This document shows, in pieces, positions 24,104-37,344 of a stretch of 64,000 nucleotides of DNA. The stretch comes from Squalus acanthias (taxonomy: Eukaryota): assembly GCA_030390025.1 (NCBI GenBank), contig CM059432.1, positions 25,298,001 to 25,362,000 of the forward strand, read 5' to 3'. Position numbers and translations under genes: made by a program. The notes beneath the pieces were generated by a model. It was not told where the DNA came from and ran no database searches. It was given only the letters and a program-made list of their open reading frames with translations. Each line of letters begins with the position of its first letter. The stretch's first letter is position 1.

Positions 24104-24582
24104 AATAAAAAAGAAAATCAGCAAGGTATATAACTCTAGCTAAAGGTAGATTGGGGGCAATCCAGGAGAGAACAAGCAGTAAATGGTCAAATGGTAGGAG
24201 TACCCTTGATGTGTCAAATGGCTTTTTATCATTCATACTTATTTGAAAATAGAAAATAGAAAACAAGCAAGAATACTTTCTATCAAAGGCACAATAATAT
24301 TGCTATATGAATTGCCAAATGTGTGGGAGGGAGTTTACGGTTGAGGATGTGACTCAGTGAGTTACTATCTTTGGCATAAAATTTCTTGTAGCTGTGCCCT
24401 GTAAGTCCAAGATGGCTGGCCAAGATATGTTTTGTTAGAAATTAGAGTACTGAAATTTCCTTCGTACGATGGTTTAAAAAAATCAAAGACAGCAAGAGAT
24501 TATAAAATGTGGCTGAGAGGCCTATACCCGATCACCATCCAGAGATAATCAAAAATGATTTATCATTCAGATAAAAGATAAT

Positions 24583-26133
24583 GGGCTAGAAATTCATTAT
24601 AGCCAAGAAATGGGCAGTGTTTAGACTAAAAATAGTTCAGTAGCGCCACCTGAAAATCGTCTAGAATGCACGTATAATTTGTCCTCACTCCTCATTAAAA
24701 TGATTGCAGTCATGATTCTAGTCTAAAAACTCAAGCTCATTGGCATTACACTGAAAAGATGGAACAATATCGGGTGTAGTCTAAACTCAAGTAATGATTG
24801 CCACTGACTTTTTTCACTTAATTAAAGGGGAGGTTCATTGATGCTGCAGCACCTCATTCTCAGCAATGTTGGGTGTGCAGCTGCCTCAACAACCATAAGA
24901 AGAAGGACAAGGAGAAGGAGCACTTATTTACAAATCCTGATGGCATATTGTCACCCCAGGAAGAGAGCCTGGAGGTTTTCGGATGAAGCTTTGGAGGCAT
25001 TGGTTTTAGCGGTGGAGAGAAGGCGGGCGGTCCTGTACCCGCAACTAACAGGAGGCTCTTGCCACAAGTCTGTAGGACTATGTGGAGGGAGGTGGCACAC
25101 CATGTCATGGGCAGCAGTGTGGCCCCAGGACACATACCCAGTGCAGGAAGAAGTTTAACGACCTCACACGGGTGGTCAGGGTGAGTGAAGGCTTCAACAA
25201 ATGCTACATACCACCTCCTGTACCACAAGCTTCACACACTGCTCAATGCACCACACCCCCAGCACTCACTCACCAACAATCTCTACCTAGCAACACTCAC
25301 ACCCACATTTCACATCTTGCACACAATGACAGCTATTCAACTATGACAGGCACAAGGGCCATTAGTTATTATATATTATTATAATTCATGTCATATGTGT
25401 GATATGTTTACAGATGTTTGGAATATTTTGTGGTCTCTCTCATTTCACCTTTACACCCAGGAGGATGCTGTGATACACCATAAGACAGGGATTATATGAT
25501 GGGGATGTGGTAAGCTACGGGGATCTGGGATTTCATTCATGTGAATTGGAGTCTTTGTCCTCTTCCTCCTCATCCTCCTCTGCCTCATGGTTCCTCCTGA
25601 GGTAATCCTGCAATCTTGCAGCCCCCATGACTGTGAGGAAGTGTTGTGAGCAGAAGCCTTTAACAAATAATGAGTGACTTCTGCACTTGAATCAACACTC
25701 CCTGTCACCAAAAAAACTTGAAATAACTAAAGAGAGCTGTTTCAGTTGCAGGAAGTAGCAAACAGGGACTGAAACTGCAAAACCCTGTCAAGTACAGCTG
25801 ATTGGGGATGGTGCCTTTAAATATCGCTGCTGCAGCCTGCTTCCTACTGGTAGACTCCAGCTCTCCCTGTCGTTGTTCTGCGCTGACGTTAAGGTAAGTG
25901 GCTATAACGAAGTTGGGAAATTTGACGTCCAGTGAGCATTGCACACTCACTGATGTCATGATCTCCATGATGGCGAGGTCCCTGGCGATCGAGTTTGCCG
26001 GCAGCGCTACTGACAACACCGATATGACATGCTGCGCTGGAACCGACATCAGCTGTTGTTACAGCTGTCAATGGCGATTTAATGGCATATTATGGCGCTA
26101 ACGTGTTGCGCATACCACATGAATTTCTAGCCC
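24583..26133. mobile_element. Non-autonomous Harbinger derivative with Myb/SANT-like exon remnant
   Basis: Perfect TIRs GGGCTAGAAATTCAT / ATGAATTTCTAGCCC; flanks AAT / ACT; RAWRFSDEALEALVLAVERRRAVLYP and RTHTQCRKKFNDLTRVVR followed by donor GTGAGT. Confidence 0.87.
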
Positions 26134-26225
26134 ACTCTCTTTACTTTCAAAAGGAACCTTCTATTCTCTGATAAGTCTCTGATTTATCTCATGTTGTGAA
26201 GTGCCCAAATTCTGCCAGAATCATA

Positions 26226-26268
26226 GGGGGTGAAATTGGGTACCTTTGCGCCTCCCGTTAGCACCCGC
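26226..26268. mobile_element. Orphan 43-bp MITE terminus
   Basis: GGGGGTGAAATTGGG...TTTGCGCCTCCCGTTAGCACCCG matches the left end of 60755-61457; flanked by ATA / ATA. Confidence 0.7.
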
Positions 26269-26846
26269 ATAGAATGTTTACAGCACAGAAGGAGGCCATT
26301 CAGCCCGTCGAGCCAGTGGTGGCTCTCTGAAAGAGCACTTCAGCTAGTCCCACTCCCCCGCCCTTTCCCCGTAGCCCTGCAAATTTTATTCCTTCAGGTA
26401 CTTATCCAATTCCCTTTTGAAAGCCACAATTGAATCTGCCTCCACCACCCTTTCAGGCAGCGCATTCCAGATCATAACCACTCGCTGCGTACAAAAGTTT
26501 TCCCTCATGTTGACTTAAATCTGTGTCCTCTGGTTCTCGACTCTTCTGGCAATGGGAACAGTTTCTCTCTATCTACTTTGTCTAGACACCTCGTGATTTT
26601 GAACATCTCTATCAAATCTCCTCTCAACCTTCTCTGCTCTAAGGAGAACAACCCCAGCTTCTCCAGTCTATCCACATAACTAAAGTCCCTCATCCCTGTA
26701 ACCATTCTCATAAATCTTTTCTGCACTGTCTCTAAGGCCTTCACATCCTTCCTAAAATGCGGTGCCCAGAATTGGACACAATACTCCAGTTGAGGCCGAA
26801 CCAGTGTTTCATAAAGGTTCATCATAACTTCCTTGCTTTTGTACTA

Positions 26847-27680
26847 GGGGGTGATTTTTTCAATGGGAAGCTTTTGGAGGCGGGACTCCCACTTGTCGGG
26901 TTTCAGTCCCGCCTCCATCAGCTTCTGGCCAACCAGCGGGATTTTCCCCTGATTGACCTTGTTAAGCCCGCCCGGCGGGCTTATCAGGCCAATTAGGGCG
27001 AAGCCGGTTGCAGAGCACGTCAACGTATGACATGTCATCTGTCAAGAATTTTTAAAAGAAGAAATGTCATCGTTTGACAGTTCTGTGAAGCTGTCAAACA
27101 CTGACATTCTGTATAGTTTGATGAGGCCTTGTGTTCAGGACTCATCAAACCTTTCTACTTTGCAGAAATCAGATGACTGTTGCATTGGAGGATGCAGCAG
27201 CCAGTCTGTGATCTCTACAATAGAGATGTCGGGGACTCCGGTTCCACAGCGGCTGAAGGTTGCAGGAAGAAACAAAGGTAAGTTAACATTTTCTAACGCT
27301 TTACACTCACCTCATATACTTACCACTCCACACTTGCACCCATCACTCACCTCTACAGTGCACTTTCAGACCCCGCAGACCCCCGCAGACCCACTGCTCA
27401 CCTCCTACACCCTGGCGGGGTTCCCCCAGGTCGGGAAGCCCGCACTTCATGGCACAAAATGGGGATAATCCTATTTTCTGCCTGTTAACAGGCAGTTAAT
27501 AGGCTTTAATCCCTTCCCGCCTCCAAGGAGACGGGACCCGGCGCGGGATGGCTTCCCATCTCCTGGCAAGAGGGCACGGAGGCGGGTTGGGGGCGGGTTG
27601 GGCACCGGCCCCCAAATTCTGCCATTTTCCCGGCAGACCCGCCTCCATACCCGCCTCCTCGGGGCTGAGAAAATCGCCCC
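26847..27680 (+). mobile_element. Harbinger-type MITE (family C relative)
   Basis: TIRs GGGGTGATTTT / AAAATCGCCCC; internal sequence colinear with 21585-22420 and 49833-50564. Confidence 0.87.
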
Positions 27681-27699
27681 CAATGCCTCTATTTATGAA

Positions 27700-27918
27700 A
27701 TTGAGAGGTCGCACAACACCAGGTTATAGTCCAACAGTTTTATTTGAAATCACAAGCTTTCGGAGCTATCGATTTGCTCCTTCCTCACCTGAGGAAGGAG
27801 CAAATCGATAGCTCCGAAAGCTTGTGATTTCAAATAAAACTGTTGGACTATAACCTGGTGTTGTGCGACCTCTCAATTTTATCCACCCCAGTCCAACACC
27901 GGCATCTCCGCATCATGA
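27700..27918 (+). mobile_element. Penelope-like fold-back insertion, non-coding
   Basis: Perfect 90-bp arms 27698-27787 / 27790-27879, 2-nt loop, 39-nt tail, 14-bp TSD CCTCTATTTATGAA. Confidence 0.8.
27785..27837 (+). ncRNA. Putative minimal hammerhead ribozyme
   Basis: UCAC-CUGAGGA-A-GGAGC-(9-nt loop)-GCUCC-GAAA-GC-UU-GUGA. Confidence 0.68.
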
Positions 27919-29904
27919 CCTCTATTTATGAAGCCCAGGATTCCGTACACTTTTTTAACTGTTTTCTCAACCTGCTCTGCCACCTTCAATGATTTGTGCA
28001 TATGTACCCCCAGGTTTCTCTGTTCATGCACCCACTTTAGAATTGTACCCTTTAGTTTATATTTCAACTCCTCGATCTTCCTATCAAAATGTATCACTTT
28101 GTACTTTTCTGCATTAAATTTCATCTGCCACGTGTCCGTCCATTCCACCAGCCTGTCTATGCCCTCTTGAAGTCTATCCCTATCCTCCTCACTGTTCACT
28201 ATACTTCCAAGGTTTGTGTCATCTGCAAATTTTGAAATTGTGCCCTGTACACACACGTCCAAGTCATTAATATATATCAAGTAAAGCATTGATCCTAGTA
28301 CCAACCCCTGGGGAGTCCCTCTGTATACCTTCCTCCAGTCCAAAAAACAACCGTTCGCCACTACTCTCTGTTTCCTGTCACTTAGACAATTTCGTATCCA
28401 TGCTGCCACTGTCCCTTTTATTCTATGGGCTTCAAATTTGCTGGCGATTCTGTTTTGTGGCACTTTATCAAATGGCTTTTGGAAGTCCATGTATACCACA
28501 TCAACCGCATTGCCCTCATCAACCCTTTCTGTTACCTCAGCAAAAAACTCATTCGTTCATTAAACACAATTTGCCTTTGACAAATCCATGCTGGTTTTCC
28601 TTCATTAATCAACACTTGTCCAAGTGACTGTTAATGTTGCCCCGGATTGTCGTTTCTAAAAGCTTCCCCACTACCGAGGTTAAACTGACTGGCCTGTAGT
28701 TGCTGGGTTTATCCTTACACCCTTTTATAAGCAACGGTGTAGCATTTGCAATTCTCCAGTCTTCTGGCACCACCTCCTTATCTAAGGAGGATGGGAAGAT
28801 TATGGCCAGTACCTCTGCAATTTCCACCCTTACTTCTCTCAGCATCCTAGGATGCATCCCATCCGGTCCTGGTGACTTATCTACTTTAACTACAGCCAGC
28901 CTTTCTAGTACCTCCTCTTTATCAATTTTTATCCCATCCAGTATCTCCACTACCTCCTCTTTCACTATGACTTTGGCAGCATCTTCTTCCTTGGTAAAGA
29001 CAGATGCAAAGTATTCATTTAGTACCTCAACCATGCCCTCTGCTTCCATGTGTAGGTCTCCTTTTTGGTCCCTAATCAGCCCCACCCCTCCTCTTACTAC
29101 CTGTTGATTATTTATATGCCTGTAGAAGACTTTTGGATTCCCTTTTATGTTAGCTGCCAGTCTATTCTCATACTCTCTCTTTGCCCCTCTTATATCCTAT
29201 TTCACTTCCCCTCTGAACTTTCTATATTCAGCCTGGTTCTCACTTGTATTCTCAACCTGACATCTGTCATACACCCGCTTTTTCTGCTCCATCTTACTCT
29301 CTATATCTTTTGTCATCCAGAGAGCTCTGGCTTTGGTTGCCCTACCTTTCACCCTCATGGGAATGTACCTCAACTTTACCCGAACCATCTCCTCTTTAAA
29401 GGCAGCCCATTGTTCAATTACAGTTTTATCTGCCAATCTTTGATTCCAATTTATCCAGGCCAGATCCGTTCTCAACCCACTGAAATTGGCCCTCCTCCAA
29501 TTAAGTATTTTTACTCTAGATTGCTCCCTGTCCTTTTCCATAGCTAATCTAAACACTATGATACTATGATCATTGTTCTCTAAATGTTCCCCTACTGACA
29601 CTTGCTCCACTTGACCCATCTCATTCCCCAGAACCAGATCCAGCAATGCCTCCTTCCTCGTTAGGCCAGAAACTTACTGATCAAGAAAGTTCTCCTGAAC
29701 ATACTTCAAGAATAGAACTAGGTTGATATTTATAAACAGGGAGTGCACTAGTTTAGACATCTCACTGTAAGCACAATGATTATTACAAATATATCTGTGG
29801 CAGTTTTAAACACCATCAAGGAAAGTGGAGAACAAGTTTAGAGCAGGTGAATGAAAATATGCTTTTATTTAGCACCTCTATTATAGAAAAATGTTTTAGT
29901 GGAG

Positions 29905-32012
29905 CAAATGGGATAGATTCAGAACAGATCTAGCAGTTCAAAATTGGGCATCCATGAGGCGCTGTGGGCCATCAGCAGCAACAGAATTGTATTCCACCAC
30001 AGTCTGTAATCTCATGGCTCGGCATATCCCTCACTCTACCATTACCACCAAGCCAGGGGACCAACCCTGTTTCAATGAAGTGTGTAGAAGAGCATGCCAG
30101 GAGCAGAACCAGGTGCACCTAAAAATGAGGTGCCAACCTAGTGAAACTACAACACAAGACTACATGCATGTTAAACAGCAGAAGCAGCATGCCATAGACA
30201 GAGTCAAATGATCCCAACACCAATGGATCAGATCAAAGCTCTACAGTCCTGCCACATCCAGTCGCGAATGGTGGTGGAAAATTAAACAACTAACAGGAGG
30301 AGGAGGCTTCATGAACATCCCCATCCTCAATGATGGCGGTGCCCAGCACGTGAGTGCAAAAGACAAGTCTGAAGCGCTCGCAACCATCTTCAGCCAGAAA
30401 TGCCGAGTGGATAATCCATCTCGGCCTTCTTCTGAAGTCCCCACCATCACAGAAACCAGTCTTCAGCCAATTCGATTCATGCCACATATGAAATGGCTGA
30501 GTGCACTGGATACAGCAAAGGCTGTGGCCCCAACAACATCCCTGCTGTTGTGCTGAAGACTTGTGCTCCAGAACTAGCCGCGCCTCTAGCCAAGCTGTTC
30601 CAATAGAACTACAACATTGGTATCTATCCAACAATGTGGAAAATTGCCCAGATATGTCCTGTCCACAAAAAGCAGGACAAATCCAAACCTGCCAATTACT
30701 GCCCGATCAGCCTACTCTCAATCATCAGCAAAGTGATGGAAGGTATAGTTGACAGTACTATCAAGTGGCACTTACTCACCGATGCTCAGTTTAGATTCTG
30801 ACAGAACCACTCAGCTCCAGACCTCATTACAGTTTTGGTCCAAACATAGACAAAGGAGCTGAATTCAAGAGGTGAGGTGAAAGTGACTGCCTTTGACATC
30901 AAGGCAGCATTTGACCGAGTGTGGCATCAAGGAGCCCGAGTAAAATTGAAGTCAATGGGAATCAGGAGGAAAACTCTCCACTGGTTGTAGTCATACCTAA
31001 TACAAAGGAAGATGTTGTGGTTGTTGGAGGCCAATCACCACAGCCCCATGACATCACTGCAGGAGTTTGTCAGGGCAGTGTCTTAGGCCCAACCATCTTC
31101 AGCTGCTTCCTCAATTACCTTACCTCCACCATAAGGTCAGAAGTGGGATGTTTCAAAGTGTTCAGTTCAATTCACAATTCCTCAGATAATGAAGTAGTCC
31201 ATGTCTGCATACAGCAAGACCCAGACAAGTAACATTCTTGAGTAGCAAGTAACATTCGAACCACACAAGTGCCAGGCACTGACCATCTCCAATAAGAAAG
31301 AGTCTAACCACCTCCCCTTGACATTCAATGGCAATACTATTATGAAATCCCACTCCCCTCATTTCCCCCCACCCCCAGTCAACATCCTGGGGGTCACCAT
31401 TGGCCAGAAACGTAACTGGATCAGCCACATAAATGCTATGGCTACAAGAGCAGGTCAGAGGCAGGATATTCTTCAAGTAACTCACCTCCTGATTCCCCAA
31501 AGCTTTTCCACCATCTACAAGGCACAAGTCATGAATATTCTCCACTTGCTTGGATGCAGCTCCACAACACTCAAGAAGCTCGACACCATCCAGGACAAAG
31601 CAGTCTGCTAGATCATCACTCCATCCACCACCTTAAACATTCACTCCCTCCACCACCAGCATACCGTGGCTGCAGTGTGTACCATCTACAAGATGCACTG
31701 CAGCAACTCACCAAGGCTTCTTCAACAGAACCTCTCAAACCTGCGACCTCTACCAACTAGAAGATAAAGGCAGCAGGTGCATGCGAACACCAGCACCTCC
31801 AAATCACACACCATCCTAATTTGGAAATATAACGCCTTTCCTTCATCGTCGTTGGGTCAAAACCCTGAAACTCCCGACCAACAGCACAATGGGAGCACCT
31901 TCACCACACGGACTGTAGCGGTTCAAGAAGGCAGCTCATCACCACCTTCTCAAGGGCAATTAGGGATGAGCAATAAAGACTGGCCATGCCAGCAACATCC
32001 ATATCCCATAAA
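29905..32012 (+). mobile_element. Jockey-group / CR1-like LINE family B, disrupted
   Basis: APELAAPLAKLF, CPVHKKQDKSKPANY, FDIKAAFDRVWH, QGSVLGPTIFSCF; tail GGGCAATTAGGGATGAGCAATAAA. Confidence 0.88.
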
Positions 32013-32015
32013 TGT

Positions 32016-32326
32016 GGGCAACACGGTGGCATAGTGGTTAGCACTGTTGCCTCACAGCGCCAGGGACCCGGGTTCGAATCCGGCCACGGGTGACTGTCTG
32101 TGTGGAGTTTGCACATTCTCCCCGTGTCTGCGTGGGTTTTCTCTGGGTGCTCCGGTTTCCTCCCACAGTCCAAAGATGTGTGGGTTAGGTTGATTTGGCT
32201 ATGATAAATTGACCCTTAGTGTTAGGGGGATTAAATACAGGGGGTTACGGGGATAGGGTGGGATATGTGTCGGTGCAGGCTCGATGGGCCGAAATAGCCT
32301 CTATCTGCACTGTGGGGATTCTGTGA
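32016..32326 (+). mobile_element. HE1-type V-SINE
   Basis: tRNA head TGGCATAGTGG / GGTTCGAATCC; V-domain TGTGTGGAGTTTGCACATTCTCCCCGTGTCTGCGTGGGTTT; CR1-like tail GATGGGCCGAAATAGCCT. Confidence 0.92.
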
Positions 32327-34220
32327 ATACATTTTTAAAAAGTGGACATTGGGCATAAGTAGCAAGTTAGGAGAAGTGGCTAAAGGCATGGCAAAGTAAG
32401 TAGCTTTCAAGAAGTACCTTAATGGCAGGGAACGAGGAAGCAAGGGGGAGGATTTTAGGAGGGAATTCCAGAGTGTAAGGCCTAAATAGCTGAAAGCTTT
32501 ACTGCTGGTTTGGATAAGGATGCACAGGAGGTAAGATTTAGAGGAACAAGGGGAATAAAATTAGAAGCAAAGATCTTTCAACACCAATAGAGTGCTGTGG
32601 TAAATGGCTCCATTAAAATAGCTGATGAAGGAACTTCATGCAACCACATAAAGCTAAGATTGATCGGCACAATTTCAACTCAAAGGGGTTTAATTCCATC
32701 TAGAGTGAGAACACATACTATTTGTGCATTAAGGTGCAGTTATTTTGTTAGCTGTTAATGAGTTTGCACCAACTTTTGGCCATACTCCAATGCGATGAAA
32801 TTGACATATCACACATTAACACACTGGCCCAGTTTTAATAGTTTGTTGGCTTAAGTGCCTGTTAGAAGAAACTTGCAATTTTACTCATTTTGCACTTTGC
32901 ATTGATTTCATACAATTGCAGCTGGCATAAGAAGTATCAGAGGGAGAAGGCAGGTTTCAAATGGGGCACAGAGCTGGATATCAACAGGAAACGGCACTTG
33001 GATGAGCCAAAATGCTTAGCACTGTTAATAGGCCCGATGTGCCCCTAGCAGAGCTTCATCTATTGGTAGGGGCCTGCACCCAGAAGTGAAAAAGGAAAAT
33101 GAACCACAGCAGCTGGTCTGAGAAGCCTGCTGCAGTAATAATGGTGGAAGGCTTTGGGGCCTTCTGGTTGCTATTCATTAAAAAACAACCAGAAGATCTT
33201 CAGCTTTAATGCTGGTCCTGTTTATTAAAAAAAGGACTTACTTTTTTTCCCAGACTCAGATCCTCCAATTTGAAGGGCCTAGCTACTGGAGTAATGCCCA
33301 TGAATTAAGGACATCTTCACACTTTGGCCTCCACCAAGTGGAGACGCAAGATAATGAGGAGAGAGGCATGGTGCGGTCTCTCCCCCTTCACATCCTCTTT
33401 TCTTCTACAAGCATTATGGCTTCGCCCACCCACTTTGAGGAAACTCCCAGAAGTACACATCTATTCCCCGGTCACAATGTAGAGGAGAATTGGTCTGATG
33501 CACTCAGCACCAAGAGTCACAAGATAGCAAACATGAGCAAGATTTTTATCATTGGGCCCTTGGAGGTCAGTTGTCCTTGAAATTATTTGGATAAGTAAAG
33601 ATTGCCATTGACACTCTAGCAATTACTTACCTAAGCAAGTCAGAAGTCCAACCATATCAGCTGTCACTTCATTAGCATAACATAATATGCAGGCAGCCAG
33701 ATAAAGATTGCTACCAAACTGGAACATAATTTCTAAAGGTTAACTCACAGTAGCTTATCTTTATAACGGATTGTTAAATGGACTCTTATTGGAGTCAAAC
33801 AGCTACATAAGTAATTCAGTCAGTATGACTTCTCCAAAACTCCAAAAATGATGCTTTCATTTTCACTCTGAAGCTCTTTTATTTAAATCTGATAAATGTT
33901 TGATATCTCTGTTGAAATGACTCTTTGCAGCCATTTTCAGAGTTACTGTCTCAGCTTCCTGCATTAAAACTTCAATTGTGAGCAGGCTATATGTGAGAAG
34001 TGGAGTGGGCGACTTCTCAAATATCAGTTAAAAGTGAATCCAAGAAAAATAAACATCTTCACACAATAGGTTGAGAGAGTATAGAATGTGCTGCCCAAAA
34101 AAGTCTTAAACATAGATGACTAAAAGGGAGATAGATACTTACTTGGAAGGTAAGGGTATTAAGGGATATGGCAAAAGCGCTGTGGATTGAGATTAAAACA
34201 ATAAAGAGATGCCACGACTA

Positions 34221-35348
34221 AGGTGAGGTGAGTGACTGCCCTTGACATCGAGGCAGCATTTGACCGAGTGTGGCATCAAGCAGCTCTATTAAAATTGAAG
34301 TCAATGGGAATCAGGGAATCACTGGCTGGAGTCATACCTAGCACAAAGGAAGATGGTTGTAGTTGTTGGAGGTCAATCACCTCAGCCCCAGGACATCACT
34401 GGAGGAGTTCCTCAGGGCAGTGCCCTAGGCTCAACCATCTTCAGCTGCTTCATCAATGACCTTCCCTCCATCATAAGGTCAGAAGTGGGGATGTTCGCTG
34501 ATGATTACACAGTCTTCAGTTCCATTCGCAACTCCTCAGTTAATGAAGCAGTCTATGCCCGAATGCAGCAAGACCTGGATGCCATTCAGGGTTGGACTGA
34601 TAGGTGGCAAATAACATTCGCGCCACACAAGTGTCAGGCAAGCAAAAGTCTAACCACCACCCCTTGACATTTAACGGCATTACCATCGCTGATTTCCCCA
34701 CCATCAACATTCTGGGGGTCACCATTGTCCTGAAACTTAACTGGACCAGCCACATAAATACTGTGGCTACAAGAGCAGGTCAGAGGCTGAGTATTCTGTG
34801 ACGAGTGTCTCACCTCCTGACTCCCCAAAGTCTTTCCACCATCTACAAGGCAAAAGTCAGGAGTGTGATGGAATACTCTCCACTTGCCTGGATGAGTGCA
34901 GCTCCAACAACACTCAAGAAGCTTGACACCATTCAGGACAAAGCAGCCCGCTTGATTGGCACCCCATCCACTACCTTAAACATTCACTCCCTGTGTGTAC
35001 CATCTACAAGATGCACTGCAGCAACTTGCCAAGGCTTCTTCGGCAGCACCCCCAAACCCGCGACCTCTTCCACCTAGAAGGACAAGGGCAGCAGATGCAT
35101 GGGAAGACCATCACCTCCAAGTTCCCCTCCAAGTCACACATCATCCTGACTTAGAAGCCGATCCTTCATCGTCGCTGGATCAAAATCCTGGAACTCCCTA
35201 CCTAACAGCATTGTGGGAGTACCTTCACCACATGGACTGCAGCGGTTCAAGAAGGCGGCTCACCACCACCTTCTCAAAGGCAACTAGGGATGGGCAATAA
35301 ATGTTAGCCTTGCCGAGGCCCACATCCCAGGAACGAATAAAAAAAAAA
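34221..35348 (+). mobile_element. LINE family B, 3' portion
   Basis: ALDIEAAFDRVWH, GVPQGS, FADDYT, IYKAKVRSVMEYSPLAW; A-rich tail. Confidence 0.9.
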
Positions 35349-35599
35349 TTGTTGAATAAGCTCAATAGATTCAAAGGCCTTCGGGGAAGTCCGGTCTACA
35401 CATGGCAATTAAGACTGAACACTAAATGCAGGCTTGCAAGTGGTGCCCACACCACAAGAGCAAATGAGACAAAAAACTTAATAAGAGGTTAAAATGGGTA
35501 TTTTTTTGAGGGGTTCTGAACATGTATAATTGAGATGAGGAACGCAAGTTTCATGAGGGGCCAACAAATGCAGTTGCAATGACCCCATGGCATTTGGTC

Positions 35600-37005
35600 A
35601 CTACTCTGAGACCCATGTTTATAGACCTAGACATGTCAGAGGAGACCTGTTTCTCCTGACTCCACTTCACAAAGCACACAGCTGTACAATGGCCTGCACA
35701 CAACATCTGGATTAGGGAAAACTCTTCCTGTAGAAATGAAGCTTTCACCCTATCAGATCCTTCCAAACCATCCCAGAAGGCATCTGTCACAGTAGGCAGT
35801 CTGAAATGCATACATATATCACAGCCTTTGTGTTTAAAAGCCCCACTATCAATTGTCCTGTGAAAAACATACATCAGATGGATAGCGACACAGCTTTCAC
35901 TGGGTGGCAAGATTCCCTTTAGGGCAAACCATTGCACATCATACCATAGTGGCACCAGAGCTCTTCATATCATCCCCATGGCCTTCATTAACATGAAAAA
36001 GTTGGTTGTCAATAACTCCTCAGTTAGTAATCCATTACAACAGTGACTCCACTTCAAAAGTACGTCATTGATTGTAAAGCGCTTTGAGGTGTCTGGTGGT
36101 CGTGAAAGGCGCTATATAAATGCAAGTCTTTCTTTCTTTCTTAATCCAGAAACATAATTATCTATTTCAGGGAGCATCCATGAAGCTATCATTGTGCGCA
36201 GTCCACGGTGCCCATATTATTTGAAGGGAGAAAAACACCATGTAAATGGCTCTGAGGCGAACAGGGCCATCATCTGCTACCATAACCGACCCCATTGAGA
36301 AACATCCTAACCACAGAGGAGGACCTCGGCATGGGCATCTCAGCATCTTTCTGCTGTTCCTCAGCTGCCATCTCTACCTTCAAAGAAAAGTGTTCTGTAC
36401 AGTTTAGGCACAAGGAAGGAGTTTGTGCCAATAGTTGTGCACAATGCTTCAAAACTTCCCAGAGGCTGTGGCAGTTCCAAAAATAGAGTCGTGCCATGCT
36501 TAACGGTTCCCACAAGAAATGCGTGAAAAAATGAGGAACGCACTTACCTTTATCTTCCTCCCGATACCAGCAAATTTCTCCCTCATTCGCCGCCAGGTAC
36601 AAGAGACTGAGGCAACTATTGACATGGTCACTGAAGTCCCTCGATTCAGCATGCAACTCTGCTTTTCCCGGAGGGTGGCCTTAAGCTCCAAATAGAGCCA
36701 TCTACTTTCCTTGAACCTCCTGATACAGGACCTCTAACTCTTTAGCATCAAAGTGAGCAGTGTTGCTCACATGTCTCCAATTAGTCCAATATTCTATCAC
36801 TGCTACAGCTTCCGCTTTCATGACAAGCTGCATGAAGCCCTTTAAAGGGTTGTTGCCTTATGCTGCAGGCGAAGCTCTCTGGAGGAGCTTTTTCTGTGCT
36901 GGTAGGCTATTCAAATAAGGGGAAGGGACTCCCAGTGCAAAATTCAGCTTGACCCGCCTCCTGAGCCACCTGCCAGAGGATACGCTGAACCCAAATTTTA
37001 CCCGT
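35600..37005. mobile_element. Highly degenerate Harbinger-like remnant (contains a SINE tail at 36033-36140)
   Basis: Plus-strand LDMSEETCF..LHFTK resembles the nuclease N-terminus; minus-strand AHFDAKELEVLYQEV resembles the Myb N-terminus; possible TIR AAATTTTACCC. Confidence 0.4.
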
Positions 37006-37344
37006 CTCGCAGATTCAAGGCTTATTTCTTAGACCCCTCCACAACTTACTCAGTCAAAAATCTATCCTGCTCCCTCTTGAATTTCCTAATGCTATCTGTC
37101 TACACTCCCTAGGCATTCTGTTCTGCAGTTTCTAATGATTATTGTGTATTGAAGTCTATAGGAAAATATTTGGTTTTATACTGTTCAATGTCAGACCATC
37201 AAAAAAAATTTAAAATTCCAGAGGAAACAACATAGCAAGAGAAGCCAAAAATATTGTTACAGATCAGCAGTATTTTTAAGATATATGTGGCAGGATCGTC
37301 CCAATTGCAGCTGTTAAGGTTACTTGAACAGTAAATGCAGGGTA

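Larger units (their letters stand above)
18283..24216 (+). mobile_element. Candidate solo LTR (about 18283-19852 + 24104-24216) split by CR1 insertions
   Basis: TG start and CA end flanked by AATGG on both sides; internal direct repeats; AATAAA at 19797 followed by GT-rich sequence; no coding signature. Confidence 0.55.
26217..29710 (-). mobile_element. CR1 LINE, disrupted ORF2, with nested MITEs and a hairpin element
   Basis: [63 protein letters not shown]. Confidence 0.93.

Noticed and set aside
32016..32090. tRNA gene
   Set aside because: It is the tRNA-derived head of an HE1-type SINE and continues into the V-domain
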